Source of the DNA: Macrostomum lignano
Taxonomy: Eukaryota
Reading direction: 5' to 3'
Assembly: GCA_002269645.1 (NCBI GenBank)
Contig: NIVC01002727.1
Span: 1-64,000, forward strand
DNA: 64,000 nt
Made by a program: the position numbers and the translations under genes. A model generated the notes under the pieces. The model saw only the letters and a program-made list of their open reading frames with translations, was not told the DNA's origin and searched no databases. Of the stretch, positions 12,931-22,763 are shown in pieces (the stretch's first letter is position 1; the number at the start of each line of letters is the position of its first letter).

Positions 12931-14733
12931 GGGGATGTCAACTTAAGCACCAGAATGGAGCCCGAAGTTCAGCTCCGGACCAAACCGACTGCAATCGATA
13001 ACTTGTCGGCCCAGACGACTAGAATCGCCGAGACATCCCATCCGGCTCCCTTCCTTGGGGTCCCAGGGGATAAAGGGGATAAAATGGGGATCTCATGTCA
13101 ACTTAAGGCTCTGGAATGGAGCCCGAAGTTCAGCTCCGGACCAAACCGACTGCAATCGATAACTTGTCGGCCCAGACGACTAGAATCGCCGAGACATCCC
13201 ATCCGGCTCCCTTCCTTGGGGTCCCAGGGGATAAAGGGGATAAAATGGGGATCTCATGTCAACTTAAGGCTCTGGAATGGAGCCCGAAGTTCAGCTCCGG
13301 ACCAAACCGACTGCAATCGATAACTTGTCGGCCCAGACGACTAGAATCGCCGAGACATCCCATCCGGCTCCCTTCCTTGGGGTCCCAGGGGATAAAGGGG
13401 ATAAAATGGGGATCTCATGTCAACTTAAGGCTCTGGAATGGAGCCCGAAGTTCAGCTCCGGACCAAACCGACTGCAATCGATAACTTGTCGGCCCAGACG
13501 ACTAGAATCGCCGAGACATCCCATCCGGCTCCCTTCCTTGGGGTCCCAGGGGATAAAGGGGATAAAATGGGGATCTCGTGTCAACTTAAGGCTCTGGAAT
13601 GGTGCCCGAAGTTCAGCTCCGGACCAAACCGACTGCAATCGATAACTTGTCGGCCCAGACGACTAGAATCGCCGAGACATCCCATCCGGCTCCCTTCCTT
13701 GGGGTCCCAGGGGATAAAGGGGATAAAATGGGGATCTCATGTCAACTTAAGGCTCTGGAATGGAGCCCGAAGTTCAGCTCCGGACCAAACCGATTGCAAT
13801 CGATAACTTGTCGGCCCAGACGAGTAGAATCGCCGAGACATCCCATCCGGCTCCCTTCCTTGGGGTCCCAGGGGATAAAGGGGATAAAATGGGGATCTCA
13901 TGTCAACTTAAGGCTCTGGAATGGAGCCCGAAGTTCAGCTCCGGACCAAACCGATTGCAATCGATAACTTGTCGGCCCAGACGACTAGAATCGCCGAGAC
14001 ATCCCATCCGGCTCCCTTCCTTGGGGTCCCAGGGGATAAAGGGGATAAAATGGGGATCTCGTGTCAACTTAAGGCTCTGGAATGGAGCCCGAAGTTCAGC
14101 TCCGGACCAAACCGACTGCAATCGATAACTTGTCGGCCCAGACGACTAGAATCGCCGAGACATCCCATCCGGCTCCCTTCCTTGGGGTCCCAGGGGATAA
14201 AGGGGATAAAATGGGGATCTCATGTCAACTTAAGGCTCTGGAATGGAGCCCGAAGTTCAGCTCCGGACCAAACCGATTGCAATCGATAACTTGTCGGCCC
14301 AGACGACTAGAATCGCCGAGACATCCCATCCGGCTCCCTTCCTTGGGGTCCCAGGGGATAAAGGGGATAAAATGGGGATCTCATGTCAACTTAAGGCTCT
14401 GGAATGGAGCCCGAAGTTCAGCTCCGGACCAAACCGACTGCAATCGATAACTTGTCGGCCCAGACGACTAGAATCGCCGAGACATCCCATCCGGCTCCCT
14501 TCCTTGGGGTCCCAGGGGATAAAGGGGATAAAATGGGGATCTCATGTCAACTTAAGGCTCTGGAATGGAGCCCGAAGTTCAGCTCCGGACCAAACCGATT
14601 GCAATCGATAACTTGTCGGCCCAGACGACTAGAATCGCCGAGACATCCCATCCGGTTTCAAGTGACGAAGCTCTATTCTATTCGAATATCGCATTAGCGG
14701 GTGTATTTTATTTTAGCTATTATATATTGTTTG
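12931..14733 (+). repeat. Left inverted arm: 24-bp tip, 10 full plus 1 partial 161-bp units, ~78-bp unique inner segment
   Basis: Unit starts recur every 161 bp (12955, 13116 ... 14565). The unique segment TTTCAAGTGACGAAGCTC...AGCTATTATA spans 14656-14733. Confidence 0.95.
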
Positions 14734-14969
14734 CATTGTAATATTTCCGTCGTTTAATTTTTCCGGATTTTTGAGAATGTTTTCGCGGTTTTGATTTGAC
14801 CACTTTAGGCGAGAGATTTTTGATACTGTGCGTCAAGTATTTGTAGCATTAGTTTAAGTGATATATTTTAAGTGATATATTAATGAAGTTAAGGTTTTGG
14901 TCAGTTTTTCTTACTTAGTTTTATGACAGGTGCAGATTTGTTGCAGATTGCGTTTTATACTTGCTAGTA

Positions 14970-17906
14970 ATGTCCGATTTTACTTGCTCTCAATGTGGTC
15001 ATCAATTCAGCAAAGCAGCCAATTTGAACCGACATCTCGAAACGACTAGATGTGGTCGCTGCTCATCTGAATCGTCTGGAGCCTTCGCGCCTCCGAGAAA
15101 CGCACGAGAGGCGCTTCAGTTTCTTGCGGTCGGTGGTAAGTATGTGAAAGTTTTTTTGAACCCAAACCTTTTTCCACGAACCGCAAATGAGAAGGAGTTC
15201 AAACGTATTTGCGGTCTTAGCTATAGTGATTTCGATAGCTTCTCAGAAATGTTACCAGAAGTATCTCGCCTTCGTATTTTGACAAAGCCATCTCGAATAT
15301 TTTTGTACCTGAAGAAGCTTCGCCAAGGTTGCAGCTTTCAATCATTAGCTTTCGATTTCAACATTTCTGCCCAAAGAGCATGCGACATTTTTTGGGAGAT
15401 TGCCAAGGAGCAGTACCTACGGGATCCATATCAACCGAGGTCGATAGCGTCGACTCCGATTCAGACTCTGCTTGAGGAAAATGTAGTACGCGATCAATTT
15501 ATTCTCGGTGTATTTCACACACTACTCAAAGGCAAGAAGCTTGTTCTTCTAGTGGGTGATCATACTTACTTTTATCTCCCTAAGAGCAGCTCACACCACA
15601 CGCAAATTCGAACTTACTTTTCCGGCAAGAAAATGAATGTGAACAAAAAAATGGCGGTTGTCAACAGTAGAGGAAAAATTATCTACACCGCTCCCCTTAC
15701 CGCCGCTATCTCGCCAACAATGGGCGATGGGAATTTGACTGCAATGCAAGTTGACATGGAGGCTGAAGGACTAATAGAGCCCACTTTGTTGCGCATTCTG
15801 TGCTCTGTACAGAAAGATTATCACGTTATTGGCATTTTCGACAAAGGTTACAGCCACCAACTTTGTTCACCAACTTCGGTTAACTTCCGCGACTTTATAG
15901 AGACTAATAGTAAAGGCTGCACGACGCTTCTATTTCCGACCAGTCCAGGTGACCGAGTTCTAAACGAGCAGTTTGAATTTGTAAATAATGAGGCTCCTGT
16001 TGGTGACCGATCAATACCAGGAAAGCTTACATCAATCGAAGCAAATACAAGTCGCTGCGCTACGCTTTTCCGTTATCTCGTAGAATGTAGCTTTGCTGCA
16101 ATCAAGCAGGACAAATGCATAAATGAGCGACAGGAGCCGTACCAATGGCTACATGCCCCAGAGTTTACCGAACGCAGCCGGCTCGATGTTGTTATTGAAA
16201 ACTCCATGGCAAAATTCAACCGTTCGCATCCAGGATTTCAAGCTACAAGGAGTCTGCCGCCGTCATGGTCAGATTGCTCCATGTTCGAATACGGACGGAA
16301 CTTTGCTAAACGTCTTTTCATTGCGAATGAGCTAGACGAAATTGAGCAACTTGAGTACAATTGCGATTTGACTCGAATACCAACGAGTTCTACCCGAAAA
16401 TGGACAGCAGTGGATCCCCTGGACCCTGAAAGTTCAGGGTTCCCCAGCGTTGACGAAAGAAATCTGGAAGAGCTTAGCATCGGCCCATACCACGTTCTTC
16501 AGTCAAAACGCTACATCGAAAACGTCAGAGTTCATGAGGTGCTCAGTAGCTACGCTGGAGACTCGTGGCGCGATTTCGAATTGTTGATTTCTGAACTGCC
16601 AAGCCATTTAAAATGCTGGAAGTTTCATCAGCGAGCGCCACCAAAGGGGTGGAGCAGTAAGTTTGGAGAATGGAGGCCATCTTGGATATATTTAGCCGTT
16701 CTTCATTCCCGTCATCGGTCAAAAACTTACCGAGTTGTCCTTCGTATTTGCGAAACTGCAAGTGGTAACCGATTCGGATTTCGTGACTCGGGGCTGCTGC
16801 GTCTGCAAGGCTACTTTTCATCCTCAAAGGCCGGAAGCAGGACAGCAGGGTGTGACAGTCATGTTATGGCTGTGGTTAGAATGCTAGGCTGTTATGCATA
16901 TCACCCCGAAAGCTACAACATGTGCGGCAGCAGCTTCCGATTTATTGACAGTGCTTTGCCAAAAGCACTGATTGCCAATCTTTACAATGATCAATCTGGT
17001 GGTCATCCAGCTCCAAATGCACCTCGCAGAGACAGTGCTGAATCGCAGCAAGATGAACAGAGGCACAGTTCAAATGCTACTGGTTCATTGAATTCGCCGA
17101 AGAAGTTATTTGGGTTGCCAAATAATGGCCTGCAGTGCTACGCAAATGCAGCAGTGCAATTGTTTCTCTGCCTGCATTCTAATGGATGCATTTTAAAAGA
17201 GACTAGCAACGACCAAGTCCATCGAGAGCTGCTTCGTCTTCTGACGGAGATGCAACAGCGGTCTGCAACAGTCACTCCACTGTTAACGGCAGTTCGGTTG
17301 CAACATCCAGATTCATTTCAAACAAATCAGCACCATTGCGTCAACGAATTTGTTCAAACGCTTCTAATACATCTGGAATTTCTGTCATCAGATGCTTTCA
17401 CAGAATTTTCACTCATTCAAACTTGTCGGGATTGCCAGCGCACAAGTGCTGAAGTTCCTGTTGGCACAATCGATAACAGAGTGATTTGCATTCCTCTCTG
17501 TCAATTTGAGCGCTCAATTGTCAGTTTAGACAAAATCTTCTGCGCTTTTGTCGCTCCTCAGGTAGTGAAATGTTCGGACGCCAATTGCCTGGGCGATTGT
17601 AATCAAGAGATCGTAGTAACACCTGGAAAGTTTACCCTGATATATCTTGATCGTGCTAGTATGGATGGCCACCTTAAGCTTCAAACTCCTGTAAGCTTTT
17701 CTTCAAGGTCAGGGGGTGTTTCTACACTTGGTAAGCCAGTGGCCACAATATCACACCATGGAAACCGACTGAAATCGGGACATTTCACAGCAAGCGTACT
17801 GAGCTGTGTGTGGACGAGAATTGACGACATGAAAGTTACGTCAGACTATAACCCGTTCGTACGTGAGCCTGAGTGCATCGTGCTCGTTGCACTTTTAAAC
17901 TCGTAA
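14970..17906 (+). CDS. Transposase-deubiquitinase fusion: C2H2 finger, HTH, DDE (DDE_Tnp_4-like), degenerate SWIM, USP/peptidase C19 domain; about 978 aa, intronless
   Basis: C2H2 finger CSQCGHQFSKAANLNRHLE. HTH-like FKRICGLS...LYLKKLRQGCSFQSLAFDFNIS. DDE motifs VGDHTY, FDKGY and RYLVECSF (preceded by EANTSR). SWIM-like SRH...KAGSRTAGCDSHVMAV. USP Cys box GLPNNGLQCYANAAVQ, QHCVNEF, His box ISHHGNRLKSGHFTA and WTRIDDMKV. First ATG is at 14970; the ORF track starts at TTG 14961. Confidence 0.88.
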   Translation: MSDFTCSQCGHQFSKAANLNRHLETTRCGRCSSESSGAFAPPRNAREALQFLAVGGKYVKVFLNPNLFPRTANEKEFKRICGLSYSDFDSFSEMLPEVSRLRILTKPSRIFLYLKKLRQGCSFQSLAFDFNISAQRACDIFWEIAKEQYLRDPYQPRSIASTPIQTLLEENVVRDQFILGVFHTLLKGKKLVLLVGDHTYFYLPKSSSHHTQIRTYFSGKKMNVNKKMAVVNSRGKIIYTAPLTAAISPTMGDGNLTAMQVDMEAEGLIEPTLLRILCSVQKDYHVIGIFDKGYSHQLCSPTSVNFRDFIETNSKGCTTLLFPTSPGDRVLNEQFEFVNNEAPVGDRSIPGKLTSIEANTSRCATLFRYLVECSFAAIKQDKCINERQEPYQWLHAPEFTERSRLDVVIENSMAKFNRSHPGFQATRSLPPSWSDCSMFEYGRNFAKRLFIANELDEIEQLEYNCDLTRIPTSSTRKWTAVDPLDPESSGFPSVDERNLEELSIGPYHVLQSKRYIENVRVHEVLSSYAGDSWRDFELLISELPSHLKCWKFHQRAPPKGWSSKFGEWRPSWIYLAVLHSRHRSKTYRVVLRICETASGNRFGFRDSGLLRLQGYFSSSKAGSRTAGCDSHVMAVVRMLGCYAYHPESYNMCGSSFRFIDSALPKALIANLYNDQSGGHPAPNAPRRDSAESQQDEQRHSSNATGSLNSPKKLFGLPNNGLQCYANAAVQLFLCLHSNGCILKETSNDQVHRELLRLLTEMQQRSATVTPLLTAVRLQHPDSFQTNQHHCVNEFVQTLLIHLEFLSSDAFTEFSLIQTCRDCQRTSAEVPVGTIDNRVICIPLCQFERSIVSLDKIFCAFVAPQVVKCSDANCLGDCNQEIVVTPGKFTLIYLDRASMDGHLKLQTPVSFSSRSGGVSTLGKPVATISHHGNRLKSGHFTASVLSCVWTRIDDMKVTSDYNPFVREPECIVLVALLNS

Positions 17907-18512
17907 AAGCATTTTTAGCGAAAATACAATTGTTTTAAGCGAGTGTACTGTACGTTTTGTATTGCAGATTTTAAAGGACATGCAGATTAAGAAACAATGT
18001 CATCTCACGCATTCTTTACGTACCATAGGTTACATGTGAAGATAATTCAGACTGACATCAAATAACAAAAGCTTTGAATTAGTTGTTTCAATTTCTTTTA
18101 GACTCACAATTAACTAAAAATTGGAAGTATTTTTTACTGAAGCAAAGAACTTAAACCCAAAAACCGTTTCTTAGGACTGAGAAACTTTTGCAATTATGAT
18201 TTTACTAAGCTTTGCGTGAGAGGCGTTACTTTATTTGCTTAAAAACGTGTGCTGCTTTGCATGACATGCTTTGTTTTTATTACTTTGATAACTTGTACAG
18301 CTTTGCATGATATGCTTTGTATCCATTACGTCATAACTTGTACAGCCTTGCGTGATATTCTTTATTTTACCAATATACATGGTTTCGGTTTATCGTCAAA
18401 AGTTCTGCTTACTAATAACCAAACGAATTTACAAGTTAATTTTTTCAAACTGAGTTTCCAGATCAGCATTTTTAACAGGTTTCGATACGAGCAAATCATT
18501 TTTATTACTTAA

Positions 18513-19671
18513 CAATCAATGTATAATAGCTGAAATAAAATACACCCGCTAATGCGATATTCGAATTGAATAGAGCTTCGTCACTTGAAACCGGATGGGA
18601 TGTCTCGGCGATTCTAGTCGTCTGGGCCGACAACTTATCGATTGCAGTCGGTTTGGTCCGGAGCTGAACTTCGGGCTCCATTCCAGAGCCTTAAGTTGAC
18701 ACGAGATCCCCATTTTATCCCCTTTATCCCCTGGGACCCCAAGGAAGGGAGCCGGATGGGATGTCTCGGCGATTCTAGTCGTCTGGGCCGACAACTTATC
18801 GATTGCAGTCGGTTTGGGCCGGAGCTGAACTTCGGGCTCCATTCCAGAGCCTTAAGTTGACATGAGATCCCCATTTTATCCCCTTTATCCCCTGGGACCC
18901 CAAGGAAGGGAGCCGGATGGGATGTCTCGGCGATTCTAGTCGTCTGGGCCGACAAGTTATCGATTGCAGTCGGTTTGGTCCGGAGCTGAACTTCGGGCTC
19001 CATTCCAGAGCCTTAAGTTGACATGAGATCCCCATTTTATCCCCTTTATCCCCTGGGACCCCAAGGAAGGGAGCCGGATGGGATGTCTCGGCGATTCTAG
19101 TCGTCTGGGCCGACAAGTTATCGATTGCAGTCGGTTTGGTCCGGAGCTGAACTTCGGGCTCCATTCCAGAGCCTTAAGTTGACATGAGATCCCCATTTTA
19201 TCCCCTTTATCCCCTGGGACCCCAAGGAAGGGAGCCGGATGGGATGTCTCGGCGATTCTAGTCGTCTGGGCCGACAAGTTATCGATTGCAGTCGGTTTGG
19301 TCCGGAGCTGAACTTCGGGCTCCATTCCAGAGCCTTAAGTTGACATGAGATCCCCATTTTATCCCCTTTATCCCCTGGGACCCCAAGGAAGGGAGCCGGA
19401 TGGGATGTCTCGGCGATTCTAGTCGTCTGGGCCGACAAGTTATCGATTGCAGTCGGTTTGGTCCGGAGCTGAACTTCGGGCTCCATTCCAGAGCCTTAAG
19501 TTGACATGAGATCCCCATTTTATCCCCTTTATCCCCTGGGACCCCAAGGAAGGGAGCCGGATGGGATGTCTCGGCGATTCTAGTCGTCTGGGCCGACAAG
19601 TTATCGATTGCAGTCGGTTTGGTCCGGAGCTGAACTTCGGGCTCCATTCTGGTGCTTAAGTTGACATCCCC
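18513..19671 (-). repeat. Right inverted arm: ~78-bp unique inner segment, 6 full plus 1 partial 161-bp units, 24-bp tip
   Basis: Reverse complement of the left arm. It is 644 bp (exactly 4 x 161) shorter. Confidence 0.95.
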
Positions 19672-19746
19672 TTTAGATAGCTTAGACATGTGTGCACTGA
19701 CAGGTAGCTCGTTGCAGCCAGCTTCCAGCAGCAGTCACAGGGAAGT

Positions 19747-19995
19747 GCATGGCGTCACTTCGGTAGCTGCATGGCGTCACTTCGGTAGCTGCATGGCGTC
19801 ACTTCGGTAGCTGCATAGCGTCACTTCGGTAGCTGCATGGCGTCACTTCGGTAGCTGCATGGCGTCACTTCGGTAGCTGCATGGCGTCACTTCGGTAGCT
19901 GCATGGCGTCACTTCGGTAGCTGGCGTCACTTAGGTAGCTGGTGTTACTTTGGTAGCTGGCGTCATTTTGGTAGCTGGCGCCACTTCGGTGGCTG
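19747..19995. repeat. 22-bp minisatellite decaying into 18-bp variants
   Basis: Unit GCATGGCGTCACTTCGGTAGCT, about 8 copies, followed by GGCGTCACTTxGGTAGCT variants. Confidence 0.9.
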
Positions 19996-20924
19996 GCGTC
20001 ATCATTGTGACGTCTCTGGCGTCAGTGGCACTCAACGAGAAAAAGAACACAAACAACTAAAATTCAACTAGCGTGTCTACATGCAGCTCATTGATGGCAA
20101 TTTGCAGTGTACTTTTTTCTAGAATGAAGCAGCCCTGCGTCATATAGCTAAATGGTTAAATTACCGTTTAAGCATCAATACCAAGCCTAATCAGTCCCGG
20201 ATATTATCATGGCAATAACAGGTATCCATATCTGCTTGTGCTTACGTGTTGTGGCGGATGCGCGACGGCCGCAGTTTGAGGCCTCGCGTGCCCCTGCATA
20301 ATTGATGCAGTCCCAGCTGCCTCGCCGACAGCCTGTTTCAAGTTTCTGCTGGCCACCCCCCCCCCCTGCCTGCAGGCAATAAAAACTTTGGCTTTGACCT
20401 GCGTCTATCCTGAATATCTGAGCAGTGGCGCAGATAGGAGGTGGTGCCGTGGGGGAGTGAAGCTACTCAGCTGCTGCAGTGTTGCAATGTTCTAGATTTT
20501 TTGCTGAGCAATGGCTTGCTTGAATCACGGACGGCTCTCAGGTCCCTGAGTAGCGAGTCTGCGCCGCTACAGTTTCATATTTTCTCATTTCTCGCTTCTC
20601 TCTCGCCCTCGTCCTCTCGGTCTTGTACCGCGAGAAAACAAGGCTCAAATTTCCTAAACAACCAAGTATCGGATTCTGGACAGTCCAAGTACCGCATCAT
20701 CTTTTTAGCCAACCCACAGGGCATCAATTTTGTCGATGTCTGTCGTTGAAGGCTCGTTGCAGCTTTAAAGTAAGAAAAAATTGATTTTTGATTGGGCAAT
20801 TAACTTGCTTTATGAGTAAAGAATACTCAAAACCCCAAGATCAGGTTACTGTATCGGTAACTTCGATTCACAGCTTATATTTAGTTATACAGATGGAATG
20901 GTGCTCCTGTTCATGGTGTGATGG

Positions 20925-21155
20925 TCATGTCCATTCGGTGAGTGTCCTGTCCATTCGGTAAGGGTCCTGTCCATTTGGTAAGGGTCCTGTCCATTCGGTA
21001 AGGGTCCTGTCCATTCGGCAAGGGTCCTGTCCATTCGGCAAGGGTCCTGTTCATTCGGCAAGGGTCCTGTCCATTCGGTAAGGGTCCTGTCCATTCGGTA
21101 AGGTTCCTGTTCATTCGGTAAGGGTCCTGTCCATTTGGTAAGGGTCCTGTTCATT
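20925..21155. repeat. 20-bp minisatellite, about 11 copies
   Basis: Unit AAGGGTCCTGTCCATTCGGT. Confidence 0.9.
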
Positions 21156-22763
21156 GGGTCCTGAAGTTAACGGTTAACTAAATCTCAGCATGCACTTTAA
21201 AAGAGAGTTCTGCGATTGCGGACTCTGACTGGCTGACTTGACTGGCTTTTGTTACACATTTTCCCAGATCATTTCGGTTATGGATCGAGTGGGGACAAAG
21301 CGTTAATCTGGGAGACTTTACTGCCGAGAACCGGCCAGTTATAATTGGAGATTGGCGAATCCGCCAAGATTATGTTCAAGTGAAAGTAGCTGACGTGACT
21401 TTCTTCCGGGGTAGAGATTTCTCACCTTTTTTCTGGCGATCTCAGAGGCACGCGCGCATTAGGTGGAGAACAGGTTTCTTGGAAATATAACTGCCCCCAC
21501 TTTGAAATGAGTGTCCTGGGCGCAAAATTTGCTTCTCTGATTAATAATTTCTCTGATCGCACAAAAAGTACTTTTCCGAGAAAACCTAATTAAGCTCGTG
21601 CCTTGGTTGCCCGGAATTCGACAAGGATCGTCTGCAGGACAACCCGCGACTCGTTAGGTTCCTCTACGAGACTAGATGGCCCCCTTCTCAACAAGCAGAT
21701 ATTACACATTACACAAGAGGGAACTGCGGACCTCCTTAAGACTGGCTCTGGGACCCACAGAATGGGCGATTCCCACTCTGCAGTTGAGCAAAAGTCAATA
21801 TGCTTTCCGACTCTCACGACACAGTATCTGGGTTCGATTCCATGCTCGGAGGAGCTCGTGGGCGAACATTGACCTGGCACTTGTCAGGCTTGTCGGGATT
21901 AGAAAATTAGGGCCTCTGTGCATCCCGAGTGAGAGTGGGCCTGCCTACGCTCCATGAGCGAGTACCTGCTCAGGGGCCGGCGGAATAGCATGACTGCTAG
22001 CCTCCTTGCTGACCGCGGGGCGCCCGTCACCTTGATTTGCAACAGTGGCCAAAGCCCCCTGAAAACAAGCAAACAAAATTATTAGGTTTTCACTGCTGAA
22101 TATATATTTTCCATGCGCCAGTATATTATGTGTTGAGTGTGTGGGGGGCATTGCAGAGTTACAGGGCTGCAAGTTGAAACATTATAATCGGCTAATCTCA
22201 GAAAAACGAACACGGGGATGCAGTGACCGACATGTTTGCAAAAAAGTGATAACGAGATCTACAATCTACTACTGACTTAATTGGTGTGAAATTACAGGAA
22301 TTTCTTTTTGTCGCGCGGCATAAATGTGTGTACGTAAAAGATGGTACAAGTATGCTCGGTTGTCGCAAATTCGATTTTTTAAAAGTGGGCTTAATTATAT
22401 TCAAAAAATTATAGATAGAAGTAATCACAAACCAATTTACTGTAGACTTGATACGAGTATTGCTACTCAGAAAATATAAATACACCGGACCATCTGAGAG
22501 GTGGCCAGGTGTGCTAGCCAGCGCTTGAAACTAACGCTGTTATTTTGAGACCAGTGCTGAGACTGTGGGGGTCAAGTGCGTACTAGCTTCGACCGAATCT
22601 CCGAATCCCCAAAGCTCGACGCCCCAATTGTCGGTTAGCCAACTTTCACAACAGTTCAGTTAGCCAGCCAGTCGATTTCAGGCAGCCCAGTCAATGCTTC
22701 ACTCGGCCAGTCACTGTGGGTGAGTGAATGAGCGCCAACCAGCTGTCAGATGGCCCGAGCCGC

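Larger units (their letters stand above)
12931..19671. mobile_element. 6741-bp autonomous-looking DNA transposon (PIF/Harbinger-ISL2EU-Spy group) with foldback-like tandem-repeat inverted arms
   Basis: The ends GGGGATGTCAACTTAAGCACCAGAATGGAG (12931) and CTCCATTCTGGTGCTTAAGTTGACATCCCC (19671) are perfect reverse complements. Flanks are AAA on the left and TTT on the right. Contains an intact transposase ORF. Confidence 0.9.

Noticed and set aside
12955-14655. CRISPR-like array next to a nuclease gene
   Set aside because: The units are identical along their whole length with no unique spacers, there are no cas genes, and the context is eukaryotic.
12955-14697. Series of near-identical 122-aa ORFs (MEPEVQLRTKP...), mirrored at 18549-19689
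   Set aside because: Artefact of a 161-bp unit that is not a multiple of 3. Each ORF is just the repeat read through shifting frames, with no protein-like features.
20240-20425. Possible solo LTR (TG...AATAAA...CA), sharing a short AAAAACTTTG(G)CTTTGA motif with about 8165
   Set aside because: No TSD or partner LTR could be established, and the similarity is too short.
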